Assembly: GCA_963720545.1 (NCBI GenBank) | Contig: OY970399.1 | Coordinates: 256,001 to 320,000, forward strand | Origin: an uncultured Acidobacteriota bacterium | GTDB lineage: Bacteria > Acidobacteriota > Vicinamibacteria > Fen-336 | DNA: 64,000 nucleotides | Direction of reading: 5' to 3' | Shown here: piece by piece, positions 19,843 through 29,482 of the stretch | How positions within the stretch are numbered: the stretch's first letter is position 1 | Layout of the letters: each line of letters starts with the position of its first letter | Made by a program: the position numbers and the translations under genes | Notes under the pieces: generated by a model | What the model was told of the DNA's origin: nothing | What the model saw: the letters and a program-made list of their open reading frames with translations, nothing else | Database searches by the model: none

Positions 19843-20760
19843 GTGCCCGAACCGGTCTACGTCGTCTTCAACCCCCACTCGGGCCGCGGTCGCGGCGCAG
19901 CATTGGTCGAGCCGGTGCTCGCCGCGCTGCGCAGAGACGGCGATGGCGCCATGGTCGAGCATGGGCTCACGCAGAAGGCCGGCGACGAGGCAGTGCTGGC
20001 ACGCGAGGCGCTGCGCCGCGGCTTTCGCACCATCGTGGCGGTCGGCGGTGACGGCACCTGGAGCAACACCGCGCAGGCCCTGATCGGCGCCGACACCGAG
20101 GTGCGCCTGGGACTGGTCCCCGGCGGCACCGGCTGCGACTTCGCGCGCACGCTCGGCATCCCGCAGCAGGACGTCGCCGCGTGCGCCGCCATCCTGCGCG
20201 CCGGCCACACGCGCCTCGTGGACGTCGGCCGCGTCGAGGACCGCTATTTCCTCAACATCGTCGGCTTCGGCTACGACGTCGCGGTGCTCGAGGACTCGTG
20301 GACCGTGCCCTGGCTCGCCGGCAGCGCGCTCTACACCTACTGCGCGGTGAAACAGCTCGGCCGCTTTCCAGGTTTCGAAGTCGCGCTTCGCGACGGCGAC
20401 GGCGCCGCGGCGCAGGCACCGGCACGCCGGCTGTTGATGCTGATCGTCGCCAACGCGCGAGTCTTTGGCGGCGGCTTCCGCATCGCGCCGCAGGCCGAAC
20501 TCGAGGATGGCCTGCTCGACGCCGTCGCGATCGGCGACGCGCCTTTTTTCGGGCGGCTGGCGCTGATGCGCCAGCTGATGCGCGGCACGCACGGCGCCAA
20601 CCCCGCGGTCTCGGTCGCGCAAGGCGCGTCGTTCCGCCTCGCCTTCGCGGCGCCGCCGGCTTATGAGACCGACGGGGAATGGCAGCGCGCCGCGAGCGCC
20701 GAACTCACCGTCGCCGCCGTGCCGCGCGCGCTGCGCGTGCTGGCGCCCCCGGGCAACTGA
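19843..20760 (+). CDS. Diacylglycerol/sphingosine/ceramide kinase family lipid kinase
   Basis: NPHSGRG, VGGDGT, PGGTGCDFAR, FGGG, DGLLD, TDGE. Confidence 0.9.
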   Translation: MPEPVYVVFNPHSGRGRGAALVEPVLAALRRDGDGAMVEHGLTQKAGDEAVLAREALRRGFRTIVAVGGDGTWSNTAQALIGADTEVRLGLVPGGTGCDFARTLGIPQQDVAACAAILRAGHTRLVDVGRVEDRYFLNIVGFGYDVAVLEDSWTVPWLAGSALYTYCAVKQLGRFPGFEVALRDGDGAAAQAPARRLLMLIVANARVFGGGFRIAPQAELEDGLLDAVAIGDAPFFGRLALMRQLMRGTHGANPAVSVAQGASFRLAFAAPPAYETDGEWQRAASAELTVAAVPRALRVLAPPGN

Positions 20761-20780
20761 GCGGGGCAGCGGCGGTGTCC

Positions 20781-21557
20781 ATGATCGTCCAGTTCGTCCG
20801 CGGCGTCCGCAGCCTGCTCGCGGTGCTTGGCGTGGCCTTCCTGTTCGCGGTGCCCGGCACGCTCGTGATGTACCTGTACGTGTTGCCGCTATCCCTGTCG
20901 CGCAAGCGGCGTTTCGCGGTCGGCTCCTGGTTCCTCAAATGGATGGCGCACTGGATCCTGCGCATCCTCGGCTGGGGCGGCGCCCGTTTCGAGCGCCGTG
21001 GTGTCCTGCCAACCACCGAGCCGAGTTACGTGGTGATGAACCACCAGTCGCAGCTCGACATCTGCACCGCGGCCGAGATGGGCGAGCCGTACACGCCGAT
21101 CTTCGTGCCGCGCGCCCGCTACGCGCGCTTCATCCCGCTCATCTCCAAGACCATCCGCATGATCGGCTGCCCGATCGTCGACCCGCAGCGCGACGTGCGC
21201 GGCGCCTTGCGCGCGATGAAAAAGGCGGCGGTCGAGCTGCGCGGCGCGTTGCTGGTGTTTCCCGAGGGGCACCGCAGCCGCGACGGCGAGGTGCTGCCGT
21301 TTCGCGCCCGCGGCATGGTGTCGCTGCTGCAGACGCGACGCCTGCCGGTTTACGTGATCGCGAACGATGGCCTGTGGCGCGCGCGCCGCTTCGTGGACGT
21401 GCTGTTCCACGGCGCCGCGCTGCACGGCGAGACCGAACTGCTCGGCCCCTTCCTGCCGCCCGAGGACGACGCCGCGCTCGACGCGTTCGTCGCGACGCTG
21501 CGCGAGCAGCTGGTGGCGAGCGTCCTCGCGATGCGCACGCGCCGGCGCGCGGCGTGA
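20781..21557 (+). CDS. PlsC-type (lyso)lipid acyltransferase
   Basis: NHQSQLD (HX4D), VFPEGHRS, N-terminal TM. Confidence 0.85.
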   Translation: MIVQFVRGVRSLLAVLGVAFLFAVPGTLVMYLYVLPLSLSRKRRFAVGSWFLKWMAHWILRILGWGGARFERRGVLPTTEPSYVVMNHQSQLDICTAAEMGEPYTPIFVPRARYARFIPLISKTIRMIGCPIVDPQRDVRGALRAMKKAAVELRGALLVFPEGHRSRDGEVLPFRARGMVSLLQTRRLPVYVIANDGLWRARRFVDVLFHGAALHGETELLGPFLPPEDDAALDAFVATLREQLVASVLAMRTRRRAA

Positions 21558-22537
21558 AGCTCGGCGACGCGGTCCGCGCGCACGTCACGGACACTGCCGG
21601 CCTCGACCCGGTTGCGGCGCGGCTCGCCGCGCTTTGCGCCGAGAGCGGCGGCGACGCCGTCAGCGCGGTGCTCTTCTACGGCTCGCGCAAGACCGGTGCC
21701 GCGCCCGACCCGTGGAGCGCCTACGACTTCTTCGTGCTCACGAGCGACGACCGGGCCTTCTATCGCGAAATGAAGGCACGCGGCCAGCTGCGCCGCTCGC
21801 CCGGCCTGGTCGCAGCCCTGAACGGCATGCTGCCCCCGAACCAGGTCTCGGTGCGCGACGGCGGCGGCGGCGCGGCACCCTTCGCCAAGTGCTCGGTGAT
21901 CCGGCTCGACACTCTCGAAGAGGAAACCTCCCCGCGACGGCGCGACCATTTCTGCGCCGGGCGCTTGTTCCAGCCCACGACCCTCGCGTTCGCGCGCGAC
22001 GCCACCGCCGCGGCGCGGGTGGCCGAGTGCGCCGTAGCCGCGCACCGCGCCACCTGGGAGTGGGTGCGGCCGTGGCTGCCGCCCGCCTTCGACGCGCGCG
22101 AGTACTGCCTCACGGCGCTGCGGGTGTCGCTCGGCCGCGAGATCCGGCCCGAGCCCTCGGGGCGCGCCGATGCGCTGTTCGCCGCACAGCGCGACTACCT
22201 GGTGCCCGTTTACCAGTCGCTCCTCGAAGAACTCGCAGCGAGCGGCGCTCTGGCGCCGGCGGGTGAGGGCCGGTTCGCGGCGACATCACCGGTTGAGCGC
22301 AGCGAACGCCGCCGGATCGAGGCATACTTTCGCCGGTCGAAGGCCCGCGCCACCACGCGCTGGTTCAAGTACATGTTCACGTTCGACGACTGGCTGGAGT
22401 ACATCGTGAGGAAGGCCGAGCGGCACGGCGGCGAAAAAGTCGAGCTGAGCGCACGCGAGCGGCGCTGGCCGCTCGTGTTCCTGTGGCCGCGTGTCTTCGA
22501 CTATCTGAAGCACAAGGATCGGCGGAAGCGCCCGTGA
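21554..22537 (+). CDS. Tam41/Mmp37-like nucleotidyltransferase (putative lipid-phosphate cytidylyltransferase)
   Basis: LFYGS...YDFFV (pol-beta NTase-like), AGRLFQP (compare Tam41 AGRLQKP), SLGREIRPE; GTGA-coupled on both sides. Confidence 0.6.
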   Translation: MKLGDAVRAHVTDTAGLDPVAARLAALCAESGGDAVSAVLFYGSRKTGAAPDPWSAYDFFVLTSDDRAFYREMKARGQLRRSPGLVAALNGMLPPNQVSVRDGGGGAAPFAKCSVIRLDTLEEETSPRRRDHFCAGRLFQPTTLAFARDATAAARVAECAVAAHRATWEWVRPWLPPAFDAREYCLTALRVSLGREIRPEPSGRADALFAAQRDYLVPVYQSLLEELAASGALAPAGEGRFAATSPVERSERRRIEAYFRRSKARATTRWFKYMFTFDDWLEYIVRKAERHGGEKVELSARERRWPLVFLWPRVFDYLKHKDRRKRP

Positions 22538-23277
22538 CCGGAAGTCTCGCGGCACTCCTCGCGATCCTGGCAGGGCTGTTCGTCTCGATGGCCGTGTACG
22601 CCGCCGCGGGCCGCAGGCCCGACCCCGACGCCAGCCGCAAGGGCACGCAGTTTTTGCTCGGCGCGGGCAACTTCATCGTCCACTGGTTCATGTGGCTCAT
22701 CATGCCCATCGAGCGCCTGGCGCTCGCACTGGCGCTCGGGCCGACCTTCTTCAACTTCGCCGGCCTCGCCTTTGGCGCGCTTTCCGGTGTGCTGCTTGCG
22801 ACCGGGCGGCTGGAAGCGGGCGGCTGGGCGATCGCCGCCGGCGGCGTCTGCGACATCCTCGACGGCCGCATCGCGCGCGCCCGCAACATCGCCTCGCCGT
22901 TCGGCAAGTTCCTCGACGCCTGCTTCGACCGCTTCGTCGAGAGCTTCGCGTTCCTCGGCCTCGTCTGGTACTACGCCGGCCGGCCGCACGCCGCCTTCGC
23001 GGCCGCGGCCGCCATCTGCGGCTCGCTGCTGGTGAGCTACGCGCAGGCGCGCGGCGAGACGGTGAACGTCTCGGGCTCGGGCGGCCTGATGCAGCGCGGC
23101 GAGCGCCTCGCCCTCACGTGCTTCGCATGCCTCTTCGACCGGCCACTCAGCGCCTGGCTCAGCCAGCCAACAGGCACGGTGCTCTACTGGGTTCTGGTCG
23201 TGATCGCCGCTGGCTCCTTCGCAACCGCCGCGTACCGCACCGCGTGGCTCGCCCGCGAACTGCAGCGGCGGGAATAG
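22534..23277 (+). CDS. CDP-alcohol phosphatidyltransferase
   Basis: Signature DILDGRIARARNIASPFGKFLDACFDR; SYAQARGE, MQRGER. Confidence 0.92.
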   Translation: MTGSLAALLAILAGLFVSMAVYAAAGRRPDPDASRKGTQFLLGAGNFIVHWFMWLIMPIERLALALALGPTFFNFAGLAFGALSGVLLATGRLEAGGWAIAAGGVCDILDGRIARARNIASPFGKFLDACFDRFVESFAFLGLVWYYAGRPHAAFAAAAAICGSLLVSYAQARGETVNVSGSGGLMQRGERLALTCFACLFDRPLSAWLSQPTGTVLYWVLVVIAAGSFATAAYRTAWLARELQRRE

Positions 23278-23282
23278 CCAGA

Positions 23283-24275
23283 ATGGCAGGGGCAGGCTTG
23301 CTGTTGTCGTTACTGCTCTCCGGGGCAGGCGAGGCTGGCGACGAAACCGCGCGCAAGACGGCTTACGCCGACCGGGCGCTGGCGGCAAGTGCGTACCCGC
23401 AGGCTATCGAAGCGCTCGAATGGCTCGACAAGCGTGCGAAGGGCACGAACGTCGCCGTGCGCCTCAAGCTGGCGAGCGCATACCTTGGCGCCGAAAAGTT
23501 CGAGCGCGCCGACAAGCTGGCAGGCTGGGTGCAGCAGAACGCGACCGACGACCACCTGCGGGCCCAGGCCTGGCTCGTCTCCGGCATGGCCCTCGGCGGC
23601 ACCTTGTCGTCCGAGAAGAGCCGCAGCGCGGCGGAAGCGGCGTTCCGCGCCGCGATCGCGGCCGATCCGGCGTACGGTGCCGCGCACTATCGCCTGGCGC
23701 AGGTGCTGTTCGCTGCGAGCCGGAACGACGACGGCTTGAAGAGCCTGCAGGACGCGGTGGACGTGCTGCCCGCCGGCCACGCGCTCGCCACCGCCTCACA
23801 TCGGGTCCTCGACAAGCCGCGCCTCGCGGGCAGGAACTTGCTGCCGGCGTTCACGGCCACGACTCTCGACGGCGGAACGTTCAGTTCCAGCGCCCTCGAC
23901 GGCAAGGTCGTGGTGCTCGATTTCTGGGCCACCTGGTGCGGGCCATGCGTGAAAGCGCTCCCGACGGTCAAGAGGCTGGCACGCGCCCATGCAGCGGACG
24001 ACATGGTCCTCATCAGCGTGAGCGTCGACGGTGACGTCAAGAAGGCGCGCAAGTTCGCAGCGAAGAACGGGATGGACTGGCCGCAGCTCTGGGAACACGG
24101 CGAGCAAGGCCACCTGGCGCGGGCGTTCGCGATCGAGGCGATCCCGACTTATGTCTTCATCGATCGTGACGGTGTCATTGTGTCGAAGTTCACCGGACCC
24201 GACGACGAAACCGCGCTGCGCAGCCAGCTCGATCGCCTTCTGGCGCTCCTGCTGAAGCGGGAGCCGGTGCAATAA
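23283..24275 (+). CDS. TPR-containing TlpA-like thiol:disulfide oxidoreductase
   Basis: Signal peptide, TPR helices, DFWATWCGPC, IPTYVFIDRDG. Confidence 0.88.
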   Translation: MAGAGLLLSLLLSGAGEAGDETARKTAYADRALAASAYPQAIEALEWLDKRAKGTNVAVRLKLASAYLGAEKFERADKLAGWVQQNATDDHLRAQAWLVSGMALGGTLSSEKSRSAAEAAFRAAIAADPAYGAAHYRLAQVLFAASRNDDGLKSLQDAVDVLPAGHALATASHRVLDKPRLAGRNLLPAFTATTLDGGTFSSSALDGKVVVLDFWATWCGPCVKALPTVKRLARAHAADDMVLISVSVDGDVKKARKFAAKNGMDWPQLWEHGEQGHLARAFAIEAIPTYVFIDRDGVIVSKFTGPDDETALRSQLDRLLALLLKREPVQ

Positions 24276-24288
24276 GCGAGTCGGTTAG

Positions 24289-24438
24289 TTGCACGCCTAT
24301 CCGACCTACATGGTCCTCGACCGTGACGGCGGCATCGCCGCGAATCTCTCCGGCCTGGACGAGCAGCGCTCGTTGCGCGCCCGGCTCGCACCGATCCTGG
24401 CACCGCTGCTTCAGGAGGAAGCTGAACCAGAGCCCTGA
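24289..24438 (+). pseudogene. Remnant of the C-terminus of a TlpA paralog (49 codons)
   Basis: Reads HAYPTYMVLDRDGGIAANLSGLDEQRSLRARLAPILAPLLQEE, colinear with the C-terminus of the preceding gene; no CxxC. Confidence 0.65.
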
Positions 24439-24487
24439 GGCGTCTGCGCGAGCGGAAGCAAACGAGGCCATCGGCTAGGATTGGCGG

Positions 24488-25807
24488 ATGACAAATGGCA
24501 GGAAAGTGGTCGTCCTGGGGCTCGATGGAGTGCCTTACACGCTGATAGAGAAGTTCTGTGCGGAAGGCGTCATGCCGCGCTTCGCGCAGCTGCTGGCCGA
24601 GGGCCAGGCGGCGCCCATGGATACGGTGATGCCGGAAATCTCGTCGACCGCGTGGGCGAGCTTCATGACCGGCACCAACCCCGGCCGGCATGCCGTCTAC
24701 GGCTTCATGGACCTCGATCCCAAGGCCTACAAGCTGCAGTTCAGCAACTTCAACTCTGTCAAGGCGCCGACCATGTGGGACTACATGAGCCGCGCCGGGC
24801 GCAAGTCGGTGGTGCTCAACATCCCCTCGACCTATCCGGCGCGCGACCTGCTCGGCGTGCTGGTGTCGGGGTTCGTCGCCATCGACCTGAAGCGCGCCAC
24901 CTTTCCGAGCCGGGTTGTGCCTTATCTCGAGAACCTCGGCTACAAGCTCGACGTCGACGCCACCACCTTCAAGACCTCGGTCGACGCCTTCATCGCCGAG
25001 CTGTGGGACGCGCTCGAGAAGCGCGAGCAGGCGCTCGAGCACCTGTTCGACACCGAGGAGTGGGAGCTCTACATCGGCGTCGTCACCGAAACCGACCGGC
25101 TGCATCACTATCTGTGGGCGGCGATCGCGTCCGAGGACCATCCGCTGCACGCCTTTTTCAGGGACTACTACCGCAAGGTGGACAAGTTCATCGGCCGCAT
25201 CCGCGACCGGGTGGGCGCCGACACGCTGTTCATGATCATGTCCGACCACGGCTTCTGCGAGATCCAGAAGGAGATCTACCTCAACAACTGGCTGCGCGAG
25301 GAGGGCTACCTGCAGTTCGAGCAGACGCCGCCGAAGGGCCACCAGGACATCGCCGCGACCAGCCGCGCCTTCAACCTCGACCCGGCGCGCATCTACATCC
25401 ACCGCCAGGACGCGTATGCAAAGGGCCCGGTGGCGGCGGGGGACGTGCAAGGACTGATCGACGAGATCGCGGACAAGGCGCGCGCTCTGCAGGTGGACGG
25501 CAGGCCGGTGATCGACCGCATCTACCGCCGTGACGAGCTCTACAGCGGCAATTTCCTCGCCACGGCCCCCGACTTGGTGTTCGTGCCGCACCGCGGCTTC
25601 GACCTCAAGGGCACGCTGTCGCAGCAAACGACCGCCGGCCGCAGCGTGCTCACCGGCATGCACACCCAGGACGATGCGCTGCTGTACGTGAACCGCCCGG
25701 TGACGAAGGCGGGCAAGGCCAGCATCCTCGACCTTGCGCCCACCGTCCTGTCGTGGCTGGGGGTGACGCCGCCGAAGCCCCTCGACGGCGTCGATCTCGT
25801 CGGCTAG
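24488..25807 (+). CDS. Alkaline phosphatase superfamily protein (NPP/phosphodiesterase-like), cytoplasmic
   Basis: GLDG, PEISSTAWASFMTG.NPG.H, TDRLHH, SDHG, GMH; no signal peptide. Confidence 0.88.
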   Translation: MTNGRKVVVLGLDGVPYTLIEKFCAEGVMPRFAQLLAEGQAAPMDTVMPEISSTAWASFMTGTNPGRHAVYGFMDLDPKAYKLQFSNFNSVKAPTMWDYMSRAGRKSVVLNIPSTYPARDLLGVLVSGFVAIDLKRATFPSRVVPYLENLGYKLDVDATTFKTSVDAFIAELWDALEKREQALEHLFDTEEWELYIGVVTETDRLHHYLWAAIASEDHPLHAFFRDYYRKVDKFIGRIRDRVGADTLFMIMSDHGFCEIQKEIYLNNWLREEGYLQFEQTPPKGHQDIAATSRAFNLDPARIYIHRQDAYAKGPVAAGDVQGLIDEIADKARALQVDGRPVIDRIYRRDELYSGNFLATAPDLVFVPHRGFDLKGTLSQQTTAGRSVLTGMHTQDDALLYVNRPVTKAGKASILDLAPTVLSWLGVTPPKPLDGVDLVG

Positions 25808-27793
25808 CTAGCGGCGCCAGCCCGCGTTCAGGAGCCGGGTGCGCGCGTCGCCGATGACGCCGTTCAGCGCGGCGTTGTCGATGTCGATCGGGTAGAGCTC
25901 CAGGAAGCGCGCGCCGTTGCGGATGCCGCGGTCGAGCGCGTCGCGCAGCACCGTCGGCGCCTGGCTGGCGCCGTACGGGTGGCCGCCGTTCATGCGGCCG
26001 GTCGGGTCGTTGCTGACCGACCAGAGCATCTGATAGCCGGCGTCCACCTGCGCCGCGGCCGCCGCCACGTCGAGCGAATGCCAGGTGGTGGAAAGCCCGT
26101 TGTTCTGCGCCATGAACTGGTTGACGCGGACGTTGGCCGCGCCGCCCTGGTCCGGCCCGTACACGTCCTTGCCATAGGCGACGATCTGGTCGGCGATGAT
26201 GCCGTCACCGCCGCTCGAGCTCTGGAAGACGTTGCCGTCGTCGTCGATCGCCGGGAAGTGATTCGGGCCCAGAGCAATCGTCACCTTCTGGAACGGGAAC
26301 GAGTCGGAGAAGGCGCGCATGAGCTGCTGCCAGGCGCCGCGCACCTTGGCGCGCGTGTAGCCGTCGCGGGCGCCGCCGGCATCGCGCACGTCGAGCCAGT
26401 TGTTGACGTCGGGGTCGTCGAAGGGCAGGCCGGCTTCCGCCGACTTGTGCTGGATGCCGGTCACCTTCACCTGCACCAGCGCCTCGCGTGAGGAGTAGCG
26501 GCGGCCGGCCGCTGCGATCAGCGCCTTCCAGCGGTCGAGGTAGACGGGATCCCAGGGCACCGGGATCCTGACGGTTTCGTTGCCGTCGCGGAACGTGAAC
26601 TCGACGGCGCCGTCCGCGAACACCCAGTTGGGCGTTGACACGCCCGCGGAGATGCACAGCGAGACGCGCTTGCCCGCGGCTTCGGCGCGCGCGAAATGGT
26701 CGTCGAGCATGGTCCAGTCGTAGCTGCCGCGCTGCGGCTCGAGCGTGCTCCAGCGGACCCGCAGGCTGACGCCGTCGACGCGCGGGCTGGCGAGCGAGGT
26801 GTCGGACAGCCAGCCGTCGTTGTCGGACAGCGAGTAGATCCCGTTCGGCTGGCGGAACGAGGGCGCCGCGGCCAGGGTCGCCCAGGTGTTCACCACCTCG
26901 GTGCCGCCGTCGGGATCGGTGATCGTCATGGTGATGTTCTTGCGGCCGGGAGCGACCCCCGCGGCGTACGTGTGGGTCGGGCTGAGGCCCGACTGCGGCT
27001 CGGTGCCGTCACCGAAGTTCCACGAAACGTCGAGGTGGGCGAGGTCGGCCGGGCTGGCATCGTCGATGGTGCCGAGCACCTGCATCGGCCGGCCGTTGGC
27101 GGCGACGTACGGCCCGCCGGCGTGGCCGGTGGGCGCCTCGTTGCCGACGTGGATCGAGCGTGTGATCCGGGTCGTGGCGCCGTCCTTGTCGGTCACGTCC
27201 ATCGCGACCGTGTAGGTGCCGCTGTCGGTTGGCGTGAAGATGAAGCGCGGCGAGGTGCTGCCGGCGCGGCCGGTGCTGCTCGGACCGCCGAGCACCACCC
27301 AGTCGCGGCGCAGGTGGCCGCGGTCGTCGCGGCCCGCATCGCTGACAGTGCTGTTGACCGTGATCTCGACGCCCTCGGCGCTCTGCGCGGGTGCGCCCGT
27401 GATGTTGCCCCCGGGTGCGACGTTCTGGATGGTGATGGTGCGCGGCGCGCTTTCGACACGGCGCACCTGGCTGCCGTTGCGCAGCTCGGTGACCCGGAAT
27501 CCCACGGGGTAGTTGCCGTTGTCGAAGAACAGGTTGGCAGGCTCGAGGCTGCGCTTTTCCCAGCCGCCTCCTTGGCCGAAGTTCCACTCGTACACGTAGG
27601 TGTAGTCCCTGCGCTTGCCGTCGACGGTTGCGGTGAAGACCGGGGAGGAGCCCTCACGATAAGGCGCCTGGGTCCGGATCGTGAACGACGCGGTCAGCGC
27701 CGGGTCGGCAGCGGCAGCCGGCACGGAAATGAATGTGGCGCTTGCGAGGAGGCAGACAAAGCACGACAGCATCAGCGAGGAGGGAAGTTTCAC
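25808..27793 (-). CDS. Secreted protein with PKD repeats and a C-terminal glycoside-hydrolase-like barrel
   Basis: Signal peptide; WNFG/WNFGDG PKD repeats; WSTLEPQRGSYDW, PVPWD. Confidence 0.75.
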   Translation of the reverse strand: MKLPSSLMLSCFVCLLASATFISVPAAAADPALTASFTIRTQAPYREGSSPVFTATVDGKRRDYTYVYEWNFGQGGGWEKRSLEPANLFFDNGNYPVGFRVTELRNGSQVRRVESAPRTITIQNVAPGGNITGAPAQSAEGVEITVNSTVSDAGRDDRGHLRRDWVVLGGPSSTGRAGSTSPRFIFTPTDSGTYTVAMDVTDKDGATTRITRSIHVGNEAPTGHAGGPYVAANGRPMQVLGTIDDASPADLAHLDVSWNFGDGTEPQSGLSPTHTYAAGVAPGRKNITMTITDPDGGTEVVNTWATLAAAPSFRQPNGIYSLSDNDGWLSDTSLASPRVDGVSLRVRWSTLEPQRGSYDWTMLDDHFARAEAAGKRVSLCISAGVSTPNWVFADGAVEFTFRDGNETVRIPVPWDPVYLDRWKALIAAAGRRYSSREALVQVKVTGIQHKSAEAGLPFDDPDVNNWLDVRDAGGARDGYTRAKVRGAWQQLMRAFSDSFPFQKVTIALGPNHFPAIDDDGNVFQSSSGGDGIIADQIVAYGKDVYGPDQGGAANVRVNQFMAQNNGLSTTWHSLDVAAAAAQVDAGYQMLWSVSNDPTGRMNGGHPYGASQAPTVLRDALDRGIRNGARFLELYPIDIDNAALNGVIGDARTRLLNAGWRR

Positions 27794-27915
27794 GGCACCA
27801 GCCAGAGGGAATTTTCGAGCACTAGGCGCCAGGCTCCGTTGCCGAAGCCCCGCCGGTACGACGGGAGAGAGAAGCGGAGCCTAGCGGCCTTCTGTTGCCT
27901 TGTTGGTGACCTGCC

Positions 27916-28335
27916 TCACTGGGCAGCGCACTCGAGTGATCTGGGATCGGGCAGCTCGGTGACGTCCACCACGTGAGCCAGCGAATCGCGGCCCCCGGCA
28001 TCATCGGTGATCGTCAACTGCACGTTGTACGAAGCGACGACGCAGCGCAGCCCCGTGTCAGGGAAGGTGTGGCGCACCGTGGCCCCGCCTTCGAGCGGAA
28101 CGGACCCGTCGCCGAAATCCCAGGTGTAGCGGGCGATGCTGCCATCGGGGTCGGTGCTGGCCGAGGCGTTGAACAGCACCGAGGTCTGGCCGGCGATGAT
28201 CGGCGCAACCGGATTCCAGACCCATTGCGCCTGCGGCAGGACGTTCGGATCGGGCTCGGCGGGCGTGCGGCGGTCGCAGCCCGGCTGGACGAGGGCGAGG
28301 CAGAGGATGAATGAAGCGGCGAATGTTTGTTTCAT
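27916..28335 (-). CDS. PKD-domain lipoprotein
   Basis: Lipobox-like QPGC; FNASASTDPDGSIARYTWDFGDG. Confidence 0.8.
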   Translation of the reverse strand: MKQTFAASFILCLALVQPGCDRRTPAEPDPNVLPQAQWVWNPVAPIIAGQTSVLFNASASTDPDGSIARYTWDFGDGSVPLEGGATVRHTFPDTGLRCVVASYNVQLTITDDAGGRDSLAHVVDVTELPDPRSLECAAQ

Positions 28336-28390
28336 GAAGCGCGTTGGGCGCAGTGTCCCTTCTACGGCTCGGCAAGTCAAGACCGGGAAA

Positions 28391-29461
28391 TCACTCCTGG
28401 GCCAGCATCGACGCGGCCGCGCTCATCACGGCGCGCAGCGACGGGTCCTCGATGTCGACCTTGTAGATTTCGAGGTAGCCCATCTTGTAGTCGAGCCCGC
28501 GGTTGACCGCCGAACCGAGCACCGCCGCCTTGTCATTCGGCCGCAGGCCGCACTGGTTCATCCGCTTCGGACCGTCCTGGACGTTCCACAGCATCTGCGC
28601 GCCGGCCTCCCCCGGGAACTGCAGCAACAGCGACCACTGGCCGTCGCCCTTGTCGGGCGGGAACGGCACGCAGCCGGAGAGGTTCTCGCGCCACACCCCG
28701 AACCGCCCGGGATAGGTGGCAGCGCCGTAGCGGGCGATCTCGCCGGCCACGTAGGTCGTGGACTTGCCGCTCACTTCCTTCTCGAACGGGATCGCCGCAA
28801 CCTCCGCCCAGTGGTGGGTGCGGGGCATCGAGGTGAGGAACGCGTCCACCACGGTCTGCATTGCGCTCAGCAGCTTTTCCGGAGTGTAGCCGGCACCCTT
28901 CCACGAGAAGCCGGTCTTGCCGAAGGCCTCGAGCGACCAGCCGTCGGTGACGCTTTCGGTGGAGCCGCGGGTGTAGGCGATCACGGGCTCGTCGGCGTAG
29001 CGCGCGCCGAAGGCACGGATGAAGCGGGTCCAGCGGTCGAGGAACACCGGATCCCAGGGAACCGGGATGGTGCCGTCCTTGGCGATGAAGGAGTTGGCGC
29101 CTTCGCCGTAGAGCCAGGCCGGGGTCCCGGCGATGTAGACCGAGATGCGCTTGCCGGCGGCGCGCGCGGCTCCTATCTGTGCGTCGAGATAGCCCCAGTC
29201 GTATTCGCCCGGCTTCACCTCGAGGGTCGCCCAGCGCGTGCGCACGGCGACGCCTGAGATGTCGGGGTTCTGCAGCAGGTCGTTGTCGGGCGCCCCGTCC
29301 ATCGCCTGCAGCGCGTAGATGCCCGTCGGGAAGGCGACCGCCGGCGCCGACGGTGTCGGGGTCGGCGTGGGGGTTGCTCCAGTCGGCCCACCGCCGCAAC
29401 CGGCCAGCAGGAGGCTCGACAAGATGGCCCCGCAGAGGGCGGGGGAACGGCCGGGGAACAT
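28391..29461 (-). CDS. Lipoprotein with a glycoside-hydrolase-like barrel
   Basis: Lipobox LAGC, PT linker, WATLEVKPGEYDW, PVPWD. Confidence 0.75.
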   Translation of the reverse strand: MFPGRSPALCGAILSSLLLAGCGGGPTGATPTPTPTPSAPAVAFPTGIYALQAMDGAPDNDLLQNPDISGVAVRTRWATLEVKPGEYDWGYLDAQIGAARAAGKRISVYIAGTPAWLYGEGANSFIAKDGTIPVPWDPVFLDRWTRFIRAFGARYADEPVIAYTRGSTESVTDGWSLEAFGKTGFSWKGAGYTPEKLLSAMQTVVDAFLTSMPRTHHWAEVAAIPFEKEVSGKSTTYVAGEIARYGAATYPGRFGVWRENLSGCVPFPPDKGDGQWSLLLQFPGEAGAQMLWNVQDGPKRMNQCGLRPNDKAAVLGSAVNRGLDYKMGYLEIYKVDIEDPSLRAVMSAAASMLAQE

Positions 29462-29482
29462 GCAGACAGTGTACGGCACGTC

